NCBI GenBank assembly: GCA_965197645.1
Contig: OZ240219.1
Span: 2,400,001-2,464,000, forward strand
DNA length: 64,000 bases
Direction: 5' to 3'
Origin: Dehalococcoidia bacterium
Lineage (GTDB): Bacteria > Chloroflexota > Dehalococcoidia > Plut-88900
The translations under genes and the position numbers were made by a program. Numbering within the stretch: position 1 is the stretch's first letter; each line of letters begins with the position of its first letter. The notes under the pieces are model-generated. The model searched no databases. It saw only the letters and a list, made by a program, of their open reading frames with translations, and was not told where the DNA came from. Below, piece by piece: positions 1 to 9,480 of the stretch.

Positions 1-2
1 CC

Positions 3-446
3 GATGGGGCCATAAGCTGGCTGTGCCCCGCACAGTACTTGAGCGACGTAGCCATGCCCGCCCTGGAAGAGGGCGCCAGGGAAGCCGGTCGATCTACTCC
101 ACCGCTCGTCGCCCACCTCTGCGCCGCCGTCCACGAGGACGTAGAGGAAGTGTGGGCCGTGGTGAAGGACCAGTTCAGCTTCTTCCCTCCGTCCATCTAC
201 TATGCCCGCATGTTCGCCGCCGCCGGTTTCCCGGAGGCCCTGGACACGGGCCAGTGGAGCGATGGCATGCTGGACGCGGTGGTAGCTGCCGGCGACGAAG
301 GAGCCGCCGAGAAGAAGCTGCGTCAGTACCTGGACTGTGGCGCAACGGAGATACTCGTCTCAATTTTCGAGGTCGGGCCGGACGGGAAGGCCAGCCGGCG
401 ACGCACCGAGGCCCTTCTGGCGGAGATGACCAAGTCTCTGAACTGA
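3..446 (+). CDS. LLM-class (luciferase-like/F420-type) oxidoreductase, 3' part; gene begins before the window
   Basis: Frame is open from base 3: DGAISWLCPAQYLSDVAMPALEEGAREAGRSTPPLVAH...YARMFAAAGF...VVAAGDE...YLDCGATE, typical of an LLM barrel C-terminal half. Confidence 0.7.
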   Translation, partial: DGAISWLCPAQYLSDVAMPALEEGAREAGRSTPPLVAHLCAAVHEDVEEVWAVVKDQFSFFPPSIYYARMFAAAGFPEALDTGQWSDGMLDAVVAAGDEGAAEKKLRQYLDCGATEILVSIFEVGPDGKASRRRTEALLAEMTKSLN

Positions 447-462
447 TCTTCTGACCTGACTG

Positions 463-549
463 TCGCAATGACGGCAACTGTCAGCCTGGGTTCACACCCT
501 CGTCATTGCGAGCCCCGACAAGGTCGGGGCGTGGCAATCCAACCAGGTC
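463..549. repeat. Family A palindromic REP-like element (GTCATTGCGAG-CCCCGAC-loop-GTCGGGG-CGTGGCAATCC) with an inverted half copy upstream
   Basis: TCGCAATGACG (463-473) is the reverse complement of CGTCATTGCGA (501-511); inner hairpin at 513-529; related copies at 4238-4286, 19342-19391 and 28241-28283. Confidence 0.85.
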
Positions 550-564
550 TGGCCTATGAAGGAA

Positions 565-680
565 GGGGTGTGCAAAGGGGCAAAGCAAATTCTTCTGAGA
601 CTGCCTGCTGGGGGCCGGGAGTCTGAGGGCATCCCTCAGAAACTATCCCTTATTATTCCCCCTTCCTGGCCAGGGGGTGA
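565..680. repeat. Family B multi-hairpin intergenic repeat, copy without the internal insert
   Basis: Near-identical to 24526-24685 over GGGGTGTGCA..TTCTTCTGAGACTGCCTGCTGGGGGCCGGGAGTCTGAG..CCCTCAGAAAC..CCTTCCTGGCCAGG. Confidence 0.85.
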
Positions 681-704
681 CCGGACGGGCCTTTCAGACC
701 CCTA

Positions 705-2009
705 CTAAATCGTTTGTGTCCAGTCGGCCAGGTCCCCCTCTTCGAAGCGGGAGTATCGGAAGTCTCGGATGTCCACCGAGGTCTTGCCGTCCAGTATAAG
801 CTCCGACGTGACCAGTCCTGCCCCTGGCCCCATGGCGAAACCGTGGCCGCTGAACCCGGTGGCGAACAGGAAGCCCTCTATCCCCGGCACCGGGCCCAGC
901 ACAGGTGTGGCATCGGGAGTCGCATCGATGCGGCCGGCCCACGCCCTCTCGATGCTGATATCACCGACGGATGGGATGAACTTCTTCAGCTTTCTTCTCA
1001 TCACCTTTACGTTTTCCCTGTTCAGCTTCGGCTCCACGTCCACCGTGTGGGCGAAGGGGTGTTCTCTGGAAGAGGACCAGGGCAAGGAGCGCATGACATC
1101 GTCGATCAGGCCCATACCGAAGTTCAGGCGCAGGCTGCGTCGATTCCTCCGGAAGTTGGGCATAAAGAGCCACATGTGACGAAAGCTATCCAGGGTGACG
1201 TCATAGTCTCCCCTGACCCCGCCCGCTATGTACATCCGGCCGTCGGCCCTCTGGCGGACGGTGATCCCGTCTCCCCACAGCACGGTGTTGGTTATGGGTG
1301 GAGCCGGACTGGTGCACGCTACCGATGCCCTCACCACCCCCTGGGGTAGATTCAGACCGAGCATCCGACCTATCTTGCCGGACCAAGCCCCCGCTGCACA
1401 CACTACGGTTGGGGTCTTGATTGTCCCCCTATCGGTAACAACCCGGCTTACCGCCCCTGCGGTGAGATCGATCCGGTTGGCGGCGCAGTAGGTGTACAGA
1501 TTGGCCCCGTATTCCTGGGCTGCCCGGGCCACTGCCTGAGTAGCCTTGCGAGGTTCGGCCTGGCCGTCGGATGGGGTGTAAGCCCCACCGAGATAGTCCC
1601 CCTCCAGCTCCGGTATCTTCTCCTTTACCTCGGCGGCCGATAGGAACTCGGTCTCCAGGCCAATCTCCTGGGCCATCTTGGTCCATGTCTCGCAGTGGGC
1701 GGCGTCCTCCTCAGAGTACGTGAGCCTGAGCGAACCGTTCTGTATCCAGTCCACCTCCGTGTCCATCTCCTCGACTATCCGCTTCCAGGTGCGAATCGAT
1801 AGCATGATCAGGGGCAGCTCTCGAGGGTTGCGGCCCTGCTGCCTCACCCAGCCCCAGTTCCTGCCGGACTGCTCATCGGATACCTCGCCCTTTTCCACCA
1901 CCACCACCTTGGCGCCGCGCTTGGCCAGGAAGTAGGCGGTGGAGCTTCCCACTATGCCTCCACCTATGATTACTACGTCTGCGTGTTCCGGAATGGGTTC
2001 GGTCTGCAT
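705..2009 (-). CDS. FAD-dependent oxidoreductase, DadA/glycine/D-amino-acid oxidase family
   Basis: ATG at 2009 (MQTEPIPEHAD) with AGAGGA upstream; motifs IIGGGIVG, QSGRNWGWVR, DATPD, GFSGHGFAMGP. The ORF-track extension to 2339 overlaps the divergent gene. Confidence 0.9.
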   Translation of the reverse strand: MQTEPIPEHADVVIIGGGIVGSSTAYFLAKRGAKVVVVEKGEVSDEQSGRNWGWVRQQGRNPRELPLIMLSIRTWKRIVEEMDTEVDWIQNGSLRLTYSEEDAAHCETWTKMAQEIGLETEFLSAAEVKEKIPELEGDYLGGAYTPSDGQAEPRKATQAVARAAQEYGANLYTYCAANRIDLTAGAVSRVVTDRGTIKTPTVVCAAGAWSGKIGRMLGLNLPQGVVRASVACTSPAPPITNTVLWGDGITVRQRADGRMYIAGGVRGDYDVTLDSFRHMWLFMPNFRRNRRSLRLNFGMGLIDDVMRSLPWSSSREHPFAHTVDVEPKLNRENVKVMRRKLKKFIPSVGDISIERAWAGRIDATPDATPVLGPVPGIEGFLFATGFSGHGFAMGPGAGLVTSELILDGKTSVDIRDFRYSRFEEGDLADWTQTI

Positions 2010-2060
2010 GGCTGTTCCTCTCTGAATGTGAACGCTCCGTATTATACCCCAGGTGCTGGT

Positions 2061-2089
2061 TTGACCCTGTCGAAAAGCCCGTATAGAAT
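2061..2089 (+). promoter_or_regulatory. Sigma70-type promoter for the hydrolase/reductase pair
   Basis: TTGACC (2061-2066), 17-nt spacer, TAGAAT (2084-2089). A TATAAT on the minus strand at 2041-2046 may serve the divergent gene. Confidence 0.6.
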
Positions 2090-2130
2090 CACCGCATCGG
2101 CTTGGAGGAGAATACAAAAGGAGTTGGACC

Positions 2131-3021
2131 ATGATGAGCACAGAGCTGACGGCGGTGATAGATCTTGTCAAATCGCCCGATACGGACGTGTCGCCCTCCC
2201 TGGAGGAGAGCCGGGCCGGATACGAGGAGATGATGGCTGAGTTTCCCATACCATCGGACATCAGCCTGGAGCCCGTAGACGCCGGCGGAGTGCCCTCCGA
2301 ATGGGTCGTCGCACCCAACGCGGACCCTGACAGGGTCATACTCTACCTGCACGGCGGCGGGTACGTCGTCGGCTCTATCAACACCCATCGGGAGATGTGC
2401 GCTCGACTCTCCAGAGCCGCCAGGGCTCGGGTCCTGGTCATCGACTACCGTCTCGCTCCCGAGCACCCCTTCCCCGCCCCAGTGGAAGACGCGCTGACTA
2501 CTTACAAGTGGCTACTGGCCGGCGGCGCGGAACCTTCGAACGTCACAATAGCAGGAGACTCGGCCGGCGGCGGTCTGACCGTTGCCGCTCTGGTAGACAT
2601 TCGAGACCAGGGCCAACCCCTGCCCGCAGCCGGTATCTGCATTTCTCCCTGGGTAGACTTGGAAGGCCTGGGCGACTCTATGACCGGAAAGGCCAACGTC
2701 GACCCCATGGTGCAGAAGGACGGCTTGGTAGAAATGGCCAATCTCTACCTGGGTGGCGCCGATCCGAAATCGCCTCTGGCTGCGCCAATGTACGCAGACC
2801 TCTCCGGGCTCCCGCCGCTGCTGATACAGGTGGGCACGGCGGAAACCCTGCTGGACGATTCCACCCGGCTGGCCGACCTGGCCAAGGCCGCCGGCATCGA
2901 CGTGGAATTGGAGGTCTGGGACGACATGATCCACGTCTGGCACTCCTTCGCCGCCATGCTTCCCGAGGCCCAACAGGCGATCGAAAAGATCGGCGAGTAC
3001 GTCCTGGGCAAGACCGGCTGA
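2131..3021 (+). CDS. Alpha/beta hydrolase, HSL-like family IV esterase/lactonase
   Basis: Motifs LYLHGGGY, DYRLAPEHPFPA, GDSAGG, E-T-L-L-D-D, MIHVW. Confidence 0.92.
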   Translation: MMSTELTAVIDLVKSPDTDVSPSLEESRAGYEEMMAEFPIPSDISLEPVDAGGVPSEWVVAPNADPDRVILYLHGGGYVVGSINTHREMCARLSRAARARVLVIDYRLAPEHPFPAPVEDALTTYKWLLAGGAEPSNVTIAGDSAGGGLTVAALVDIRDQGQPLPAAGICISPWVDLEGLGDSMTGKANVDPMVQKDGLVEMANLYLGGADPKSPLAAPMYADLSGLPPLLIQVGTAETLLDDSTRLADLAKAAGIDVELEVWDDMIHVWHSFAAMLPEAQQAIEKIGEYVLGKTG

Positions 3022-3098
3022 TCAATCGGGCCGCGTTGGTTTGCAGGCGTCAAGCTAGGGATGATGCGAGCTTGGGGCCCTCCAAGAGGTACGCTCCT

Positions 3099-4127
3099 AT
3101 GCAAGGTATGAACCGACAGATAACCCTGGTCTCCAGGCCTCAAGGCGCCGCGAAGCCCTCCGATTTCCGTCTGGTCGAATCTCCCATTCCTGCTCCGGGC
3201 GATGGAGAGGTGCTGGTGCGAACTCTCTACCTGTCCGTGGACCCCTACCAACGGAGCCTGTTGGATGATTTCGAAGGCACCGATGATTTCTACGCCCGGC
3301 CCGTCGAGATCGGCGGGGTGATTGGGGGTGGAGTATGCGGCGAGGTCGTCGAGTCCAAGCATCCCAACCTCAAGGCCGGCGATCTAGTTGAGGCCTACAT
3401 TGGGTGGCAGGAGTACGGCTGTATCGAAGGCGGGTCCCTGAGAAAGGTGAATCCTGACCTCGCGCCCATATCCACCAGCCTGGGAGTCCTGGGTATGCCG
3501 GGCCTGACCGCTTATTTCGGCCTACTGGACCTGGGCCTGCCCAAAGCGGGTGAAACCGTTCTGGTCTCCACCGCTGCCGGGGCTGTGGGATCGATCGTGG
3601 GCCAGATTGCCAAGATCCAAGGCTGCCGGGTTATAGGAACTGCGGGCAGCGAGGACAAGGTCCGTCACGCGGTCGATGACCTGGGCTTCGACGCTGCTTT
3701 CAACTACAAGACTGTCGATGACTACCTGGCAAAGCTGCAGGAAGTGTGCCCCGAGGGCATAGACGTCTACTTCGATAATGTGGGCGGCGACCTAACCGAC
3801 GCCGTCTTCATGCACATCAATGAGTACGCCCGGCTCGTGATATGCGGCCAGATCACCCAGTACGATATGGCCGAACCCGATACCGGCCCGCGGCTCTTGG
3901 GTCAGCTAATCGGCAAAAGAGCAAGGGTTGAGGGCTTTCTGGTCGATCAGTTTGTCGACAAGTACGAGCAGGGCATCAGCCAGATGGCTGAGTGGATACG
4001 GGACGGTAGGCTCAAGTATCGAGAGCATATCATCGATGGCATAGAGAGCACACCGGAGGCGTTTCTGAGGATGATGCGGGGCGATAATACAGGGAAACAG
4101 CTGGTGAAAGTGGGCGAGCCGTCTTAG
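3099..4127 (+). CDS. NADP-dependent oxidoreductase (MDR superfamily, CurA/prostaglandin reductase-like)
   Basis: ATG at 3099 (MQGMNRQITLVSRP); motifs YLSVDPY, GMPGLTAYFGL, AAGAVGS, GIDVYFDNVGG, GKQLV. Confidence 0.92.
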   Translation: MQGMNRQITLVSRPQGAAKPSDFRLVESPIPAPGDGEVLVRTLYLSVDPYQRSLLDDFEGTDDFYARPVEIGGVIGGGVCGEVVESKHPNLKAGDLVEAYIGWQEYGCIEGGSLRKVNPDLAPISTSLGVLGMPGLTAYFGLLDLGLPKAGETVLVSTAAGAVGSIVGQIAKIQGCRVIGTAGSEDKVRHAVDDLGFDAAFNYKTVDDYLAKLQEVCPEGIDVYFDNVGGDLTDAVFMHINEYARLVICGQITQYDMAEPDTGPRLLGQLIGKRARVEGFLVDQFVDKYEQGISQMAEWIRDGRLKYREHIIDGIESTPEAFLRMMRGDNTGKQLVKVGEPS

Positions 4128-4154
4128 CGGCTCCGTCAGTGAAATGAAATGATA

Positions 4155-4177
4155 CCGGCCCGCCATTGGCGGGCCGG
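4155..4177. terminator. Intrinsic terminator hairpin between convergent genes
   Basis: Perfect 10-bp stem CCGGCCCGCC-ATT-GGCGGGCCGG; T-rich tail on the minus strand (TATCATTTCATTTC). Confidence 0.65.
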
Positions 4178-4237
4178 ATTCGTTAACCCCGATTTTGTGC
4201 TGTGCTCTGGCAGGTGTTGAGTAACTCCACCGACCTT

Positions 4238-4286
4238 ACCTGGCTGGATTGCTACGCCCCCGACAGAGTCGGGTCTCGCAATGACG
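4238..4286. repeat. Family A element, reverse orientation
   Basis: ACCTGGCTGGATTGCTACGCCCCCGACAGAGTCGGGTCTCGCAATGACG matches the reverse complement of 501-549. Confidence 0.85.
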
Positions 4287-4296
4287 GGGGGAGCCC

Positions 4297-5307
4297 CTAG
4301 TACAGGTGGCAGGCTACCGCGTGCCCCTTGCCCGTCTCCTTCAACGGCGGTATCACCTCCCGGCACACGTCCATGGCATACGGACACCGGGGATGGAACG
4401 TGCACCCCTTCGGCGGGTTCAGAGGACTAGGCACGTCTCCCGTCAGGATTATCCTCTCCCTCTTCGCCTCCACCACCGGGTCAGGTATCGGCACCGCCGA
4501 TAGCAGCGCCTTGGTGTACGGGTGCTGCGGGTCCTCGTACAGCTTGTCCCGGTCCGTTACCTCCGCCAGCTTACCTAAGTACATCACCGCCACTCGGTCC
4601 GATATGTGCCTCACCACCGATAGATCATGCGCTATGAACAGATACGTCAGATTGAACTGCTCCTGCAGCTCCTGCAGCAGATTTATCACCTGCGCCTGGA
4701 TCGATACGTCCAACGCCGATACCGGCTCGTCACACACTATGAACGACGGGTTCACCGCCAACGCCCTCGCTATCCCTATCCTCTGCCTCTGTCCTCCGCT
4801 GAACTCGTGCGGGTACCGGTCCACCATGTACGGGTTCAGCCCCACCACCTGGAACAGCTCCTGCACCCTCTCCTTCCTATCCCTTCGCTCCCCTATCTTG
4901 TGTATCGTCAGCGGTTCCTCCACTATCGCTCCCACCGTCATCCGAGGGTTCAATGAGCTGTACGGGTCCTGGAATATCACCTGCAGCTCTCTCCTCAAAG
5001 GCCTCATAGCCTTCGTCGATAGCCGCGTCAGGTCCTTCCCCTTGAACATCACCTCCCCATCCGTAGGCTTGTACAGCTGCAGTATGCATCTCCCCGTCGT
5101 CGTCTTCCCGCACCCGCTCTCTCCCACCAGTCCCAGCGTCTCTCCCTCCATTATGTCGAAGGTCACCCCATCCACCGCCTTCACCTCTCCAACCTTCGCC
5201 TGGAAGATGATCCCCTTCGTCACCGGAAAGTACATCTTCAACCCATTGATGCTCAGCAGCGTATCTCTGCCCCTCGCTCCGTTGCCCTCAGACCCGTTGG
5301 TTGTCAT
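4297..5307 (-). CDS. oppF: Oligopeptide/dipeptide ABC transporter ATP-binding subunit (OppF/DppF)
   Basis: Motifs [40 protein letters not shown]; C-terminal HPYT..GC.FHPRC..ACH. Confidence 0.92.
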   Translation of the reverse strand: MTTNGSEGNGARGRDTLLSINGLKMYFPVTKGIIFQAKVGEVKAVDGVTFDIMEGETLGLVGESGCGKTTTGRCILQLYKPTDGEVMFKGKDLTRLSTKAMRPLRRELQVIFQDPYSSLNPRMTVGAIVEEPLTIHKIGERRDRKERVQELFQVVGLNPYMVDRYPHEFSGGQRQRIGIARALAVNPSFIVCDEPVSALDVSIQAQVINLLQELQEQFNLTYLFIAHDLSVVRHISDRVAVMYLGKLAEVTDRDKLYEDPQHPYTKALLSAVPIPDPVVEAKRERIILTGDVPSPLNPPKGCTFHPRCPYAMDVCREVIPPLKETGKGHAVACHLY

Positions 5308-5311
5308 TTCC

Positions 5312-6310
5312 TTAGCTCCCTCTCTCTCCGTTGCCGGCCGTCGTCACGTCCACCAGGCATGCTGCCGTGTGTCCCTCTCCCATCTCCACCAGCTCCGGGT
5401 CCGTCTCCGCACACTCATCCACCGTGAACCGGCACCTAGGCCTGAACGAGCAACCTACAGGCTTGTGCGCCAGGTCCGGCGGCATCCCCTCTATCGGTAT
5501 CAGCCTCTCCCTCATGCTCTCGTCCAGCCTCGGCACTGACCCCAGCAGCCCCAGCGTGTACGGGTGCCTCGGCTTCCCGTATACGTTCACCGCCGTCGAA
5601 CTCTCCACTATCCGTCCCGCATACATCACGTTCACGTTGTCCGCATACCTCGCCACCACACCCAGATTGTGTGTGATCACCACCACCGCCGTTCCCCTCT
5701 CCTTCGTCAGCCGGCTTATCAGCTCCAACAGCTGCGCTTGTATCGTCACGTCCACCGCCGTCGTAGGCTCGTCCGCCAGCAGTATCTTAGGCTCGCAGCT
5801 CAGTGCTATCGCTATCATCACCCTCTGCCTCATACCCCCGCTCAGCTGGTGCGGAAAGTCGTCCAGCCTCCTACCCGCATCCGGTATCCCCACCTCTTCC
5901 AGCAGCTCTCCCGCCCTGGTGTTCGATGCCCTGTTGTCCATACCCAGGTGAAGCTCCAAAGCCTCCGTTATCTGCCTGCCTATCGTCAGCACAGGGTTCA
6001 ATGACGTCATCGGCTCCTGGAACACCATCGCCAGGTCCTTACCCCTCCTCCTCCTGATCTCGTCTGAACTCAGCTTCAGCAGGTCCACCCCCTCCAGCAG
6101 CACCTCTCCTCCCACTATCCTTCCCGGCGGCGATGGGATCAGCCTCATCAGCGATAGCGCACTCACGCTCTTGCCGCACCCGCTCTCCCCCACCAGCCCC
6201 AGCGTCTCTCCCGCTTCCACGCTGTACGTCACCCCGTCCACCGCCTTCACCACCCCGTCTTCCGTGTAGAAGTAGGTCTTCAGATCCTTTACCTCCAGCA
6301 ATGGCGCCAT
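5312..6310 (-). CDS. oppD: Oligopeptide/dipeptide ABC transporter ATP-binding subunit (OppD/DppD)
   Basis: Motifs [37 protein letters not shown]; C-terminal Cys motif. Confidence 0.92.
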   Translation of the reverse strand: MAPLLEVKDLKTYFYTEDGVVKAVDGVTYSVEAGETLGLVGESGCGKSVSALSLMRLIPSPPGRIVGGEVLLEGVDLLKLSSDEIRRRRGKDLAMVFQEPMTSLNPVLTIGRQITEALELHLGMDNRASNTRAGELLEEVGIPDAGRRLDDFPHQLSGGMRQRVMIAIALSCEPKILLADEPTTAVDVTIQAQLLELISRLTKERGTAVVVITHNLGVVARYADNVNVMYAGRIVESSTAVNVYGKPRHPYTLGLLGSVPRLDESMRERLIPIEGMPPDLAHKPVGCSFRPRCRFTVDECAETDPELVEMGEGHTAACLVDVTTAGNGERGS

Positions 6311-6335
6311 GCTCTACTCCTTCCCGTATATGGAC

Positions 6336-7484
6336 TTACTTAGAGTCGGCCAAGGGAATCTTGTACAGGTTAGCTGCGTTTTCAGCGACCACCTTCTTCT
6401 TGTCCTCCGGAGCGAGGTCTTTGAAGGTCCTATCGATGACCTCTCGGGAGTTGGGGAAGGTGCCTTCATCGTGGGGGTAGTCGCTGCCCCACATAAGGCT
6501 ATCGGCGCCGGTGAAGACCAGGTTGTGGAGTCCCACGCGGTCGTCGCCGAAGGTCGCGTAGCCCTGGCGTTTGAAATACTCGCTCGGTTTCAGATCCAGG
6601 ACGGGCTTGGCCCACATGTGGCGCTTATCGTTGATCTCGTCCAGGGCGTCCAGCACCCACGCCAGCCAGCCGACCCCGCCTTCGACCAGAACGAACTTCA
6701 GATTGGGGTGACGCTCCAGCACGCCTGCTGCCGTCAGCATGCACAGTGGACTCAGCGCCTCGCTCATTCCCAGCACCATGCCCCACAGGTCGCTGCCGTC
6801 GCCCTCTTCCTTCACCAGGTCTTTGAACTCGGGTTCCTCGTCGTTCGGTTCACTGCGAGTGAAAACGTGAAAGCTGAGGGGAACATCCAGATCTTCGGCT
6901 AGCGCCCAGAAGGGTTTGTATTCGGGACTGCTATAGGGCTTTGATGGCCGGCTCACCGGCACCGACAGGGAGCGATATCCCAGGGCGGCAACCCTTTTAG
7001 CTTCCTCCATGGCCGCGCCGACATCGGCCATCGGAATCGTGGCTGATGGGATGAACTTATCGAAGTGTTCGCCAAATATCTCCAGGTAGAAGTCGTTGTA
7101 AAGCTTGCAGACCGCCAGCTGAAACTCCGGGTCGGGCGAGGCGAAGGCCTTGAAGATGCCGTTGGGATAGATAACCTCCGCCGTGATGCCGTCCTCCTCC
7201 ATATCGGCCTCGCGAACGGCGATGTCCGTGCCCGACTCACGAGACAGTCCCACCCCCGTCTCCTCACCCCACCTGAACTCTTTGCGCAGGTCCTCTTCCT
7301 TCAGGGGATTGGGTGTGTCCATGGGCTGAGGGGCCATGCCCTCGACCATCCAGTACCGCCTTCCTTCGACCTCCTTCAAGTGTGGTGCGCGGGCTCGATA
7401 GTGTTCGGGGAGTCGCTGGTGAATGTCCCCCGCCTCTTCGGCGTGGGAATCGGCCGATATTATGAATTCCTTCGGCATACTCAC
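6336..7484 (-). CDS. Amidohydrolase family protein (Amidohydro_2-like), paralog 1
   Basis: Motifs ISADSH, LSFH, FVLVEGGVGW, WGSDYPHDEGTFP; start is GTG 7484 or ATG 7478. Confidence 0.9.
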   Translation of the reverse strand: MSMPKEFIISADSHAEEAGDIHQRLPEHYRARAPHLKEVEGRRYWMVEGMAPQPMDTPNPLKEEDLRKEFRWGEETGVGLSRESGTDIAVREADMEEDGITAEVIYPNGIFKAFASPDPEFQLAVCKLYNDFYLEIFGEHFDKFIPSATIPMADVGAAMEEAKRVAALGYRSLSVPVSRPSKPYSSPEYKPFWALAEDLDVPLSFHVFTRSEPNDEEPEFKDLVKEEGDGSDLWGMVLGMSEALSPLCMLTAAGVLERHPNLKFVLVEGGVGWLAWVLDALDEINDKRHMWAKPVLDLKPSEYFKRQGYATFGDDRVGLHNLVFTGADSLMWGSDYPHDEGTFPNSREVIDRTFKDLAPEDKKKVVAENAANLYKIPLADSK

Positions 7485-7652
7485 CTTCCTTCTCTAATAT
7501 CGATGCTAAAGCGATGCCACTACGCTCTGAACAGAAGGGGAGGGGGTTGCAATTAACCGCGGTATGCGACCGGCGGTCCCATGTAGAGGCCCAAATTATA
7601 TGCCAATCTATCTCCATTTGTAAAACAAGGGAAGTACTCCGGCCATGGGTCT

Positions 7653-8708
7653 TCAAGGAACGTAGCATATCTCCGGGGAACCTTCCGGCAACGCTTCGGC
7701 GTACTCCGAAATGCCGTATCCCTTGGGGTGCGCCCGGAAGAAGTCCCACAGAAAGGAGTTCAGGCCGGTGATCCATCTGTGGCCTTCGTTATTCCCTTCG
7801 CAAGCGATGACGGTCTCAAGGTGCCGTTGATAGAACCGGATAGCCCTCTTGGACTGGCCCTCGTACTCATAGCGAGTGACACTGGTGGTGTTGCCCGACG
7901 AGCCTGTAGCGCTGCCGGTGTAGTAGTCGTTCTTGCCGCCCCACACGATCATGACCGCCATCTGATCCAATGCCTCGAACGGACGCGGCGTGGTACCACC
8001 GAAGTCCGCGGAGGCTGGCGCAATTGCCGCTAGGACGTCGGAGCGCCGCTGGGCAAGATAGTGGGTGAATATTCCTCCGGCAGAATGTCCCGTGGCATAG
8101 ATCCGGGTTGCATCTATGGGGTAGTGGGCCGCCATGCATAGAAGAAGCTCGTCGAAGAAGACCAGATCGGGATTTGACGATGATCGAAACGGGGTGGTAT
8201 AGCTGTCCCAAACGGGCCAGATATTGCCATTGCCGTTGCTGTACGGCGCGATCAGAATGAAACCCTCCTCCCAAGCCGTCCGGTTGAGTCCGGTGCGAAG
8301 GGCGATTCCCCAGCCCGATTCTCCCGTCCCATTGAACAGGAATACTATCGGGACTGGCCCTTCGGGTAGTTCCCTGGGCATAGTCAGGAAGAATTGCCTC
8401 TCCTGCCCCGCCGATCGGAACCCATCGTTCCTACCTAGTCTCGGAGGCTCGGTCTGGTACTTACCGGGACAGGCCGAACCCGTGTCGGTCTCCGGGGAGG
8501 CAGGTGGAGGGTCATCGCCGGTCGAATCTGTATCGACCTCTGGGGAGACGCTCGGAACGCGATTGTCGACCGATCCCGTTTCCGCCTCCGAGGTAACCGG
8601 CGGAACGCCGTTACCCGATCCTGTCCCGCACGACAGGGAAGAAGCCAAGATGGCGGCCAGGAGAACCGGGACGAAAACGGAAATAATACCGGGACCTGCC
8701 GCCTGAAT
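7653..8708 (-). CDS. Secreted/lipoprotein esterase, PHB-depolymerase/LpqC-like alpha/beta hydrolase; start uncertain (TTG 8648 or ATT 8708)
   Basis: RIYATGHSAGG nucleophile, LAAIAP, C-terminal GH.W; Pro/Ser/Thr linker; hydrophobic segment and SLSC lipobox straddle the TTG at 8648. Confidence 0.7.
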   Translation of the reverse strand: MQAAGPGIISVFVPVLLAAILASSLSCGTGSGNGVPPVTSEAETGSVDNRVPSVSPEVDTDSTGDDPPPASPETDTGSACPGKYQTEPPRLGRNDGFRSAGQERQFFLTMPRELPEGPVPIVFLFNGTGESGWGIALRTGLNRTAWEEGFILIAPYSNGNGNIWPVWDSYTTPFRSSSNPDLVFFDELLLCMAAHYPIDATRIYATGHSAGGIFTHYLAQRRSDVLAAIAPASADFGGTTPRPFEALDQMAVMIVWGGKNDYYTGSATGSSGNTTSVTRYEYEGQSKRAIRFYQRHLETVIACEGNNEGHRWITGLNSFLWDFFRAHPKGYGISEYAEALPEGSPEICYVP

Positions 8709-8748
8709 GAGTCGCTCCGGAGATAGCGTCGTCTGATCCCGGGAGAGC

Positions 8749-9480
8749 TTACGGCTGTTGAGCGTCTTCGACGTAGGTGGGCACGCCGGTGGCGGAGGTC
8801 ACTACCGATCCGTCCGCCATCTCGACGATCCGGTCTCCGGCTTCTGCCAACGCCAGGTCGTGGGTGGCGACGATGAGGGTCACTCCTCGTTTCTCGACAA
8901 CGTCTCGGAGGATAGCCGCTATGCTCAGAGCGGTTGTGGCGTCCAACTCGCCCGTCGGCTCGTCGGCGATGATCAGCCGTGGAGAGGTGACCAGGGCACG
9001 GGCGATACCCACGCGTTGCTGCTCTCCACCGGAAAGTTCATAGGGCCGGTGACGGGCTCGGGGACTCAGGCCCACCATCTCCAATGCCTCTTCCGTCTTG
9101 CTCCGTCGCACCCCGCGAGATGAGCCATTGATCCGCAGCGGGAGCTCGACGTTTTCGTATGCGGAAAGAAGGGGGAGCAGAGCGAAGGACTGGAAAATGA
9201 AGCTGACCTGATGCCGGCGAAGCTCTACGTGGCCCGACTCATCCATTGCGCCAAGGTCTCGTCCTTCGAACAGGATCGTGCCGCTATCGGGCGAGTCCAG
9301 GCCGGCTATGATGTTCAGCAGGGTCGTCTTACCCGATCCGGACCGTCCGACCACCGAGACGAACTCGCCGGGCATGATATCCATGCTTACCTTATCGACC
9401 GCGGTCACGGCGCCCCCTCCCGATCCGAAGACTCGTGTAACCTCCCTGGCCGAGATTATGGGGCCGGAGTTATCTCCCAT
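8749..9480 (-). CDS. ABC transporter ATP-binding protein, LolD/MacB-like
   Basis: Motifs GRSGSGKTT, LSGGEQQR, ADEPTGELD, ATHD; alternative start at 9492. Confidence 0.9.
   Translation of the reverse strand: MGDNSGPIISAREVTRVFGSGGGAVTAVDKVSMDIMPGEFVSVVGRSGSGKTTLLNIIAGLDSPDSGTILFEGRDLGAMDESGHVELRRHQVSFIFQSFALLPLLSAYENVELPLRINGSSRGVRRSKTEEALEMVGLSPRARHRPYELSGGEQQRVGIARALVTSPRLIIADEPTGELDATTALSIAAILRDVVEKRGVTLIVATHDLALAEAGDRIVEMADGSVVTSATGVPTYVEDAQQP

Noticed and set aside
463-680. Repeats read as a CRISPR array or IS ends
   Set aside because: There is no regular repeat-spacer periodicity, no cas or transposase gene and no clear target-site duplication.
2010-2339. N-terminal extensions in the ORF track (705..2339, 2397..4127, 46958..47620, 57428..59371)
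   Set aside because: They overlap neighbouring genes or promoters; the family N-termini and RBSs point to starts at 2009, 3099, 47138 and 57677.
4328-5951. Long antisense ORFs (403 and 206 aa here; also 61696..63183, 32201..33355, 23404..24495, 41584..42630, 50175..51125)
   Set aside because: They are shadows of well-supported genes in GC-rich DNA and carry no recognisable motifs.
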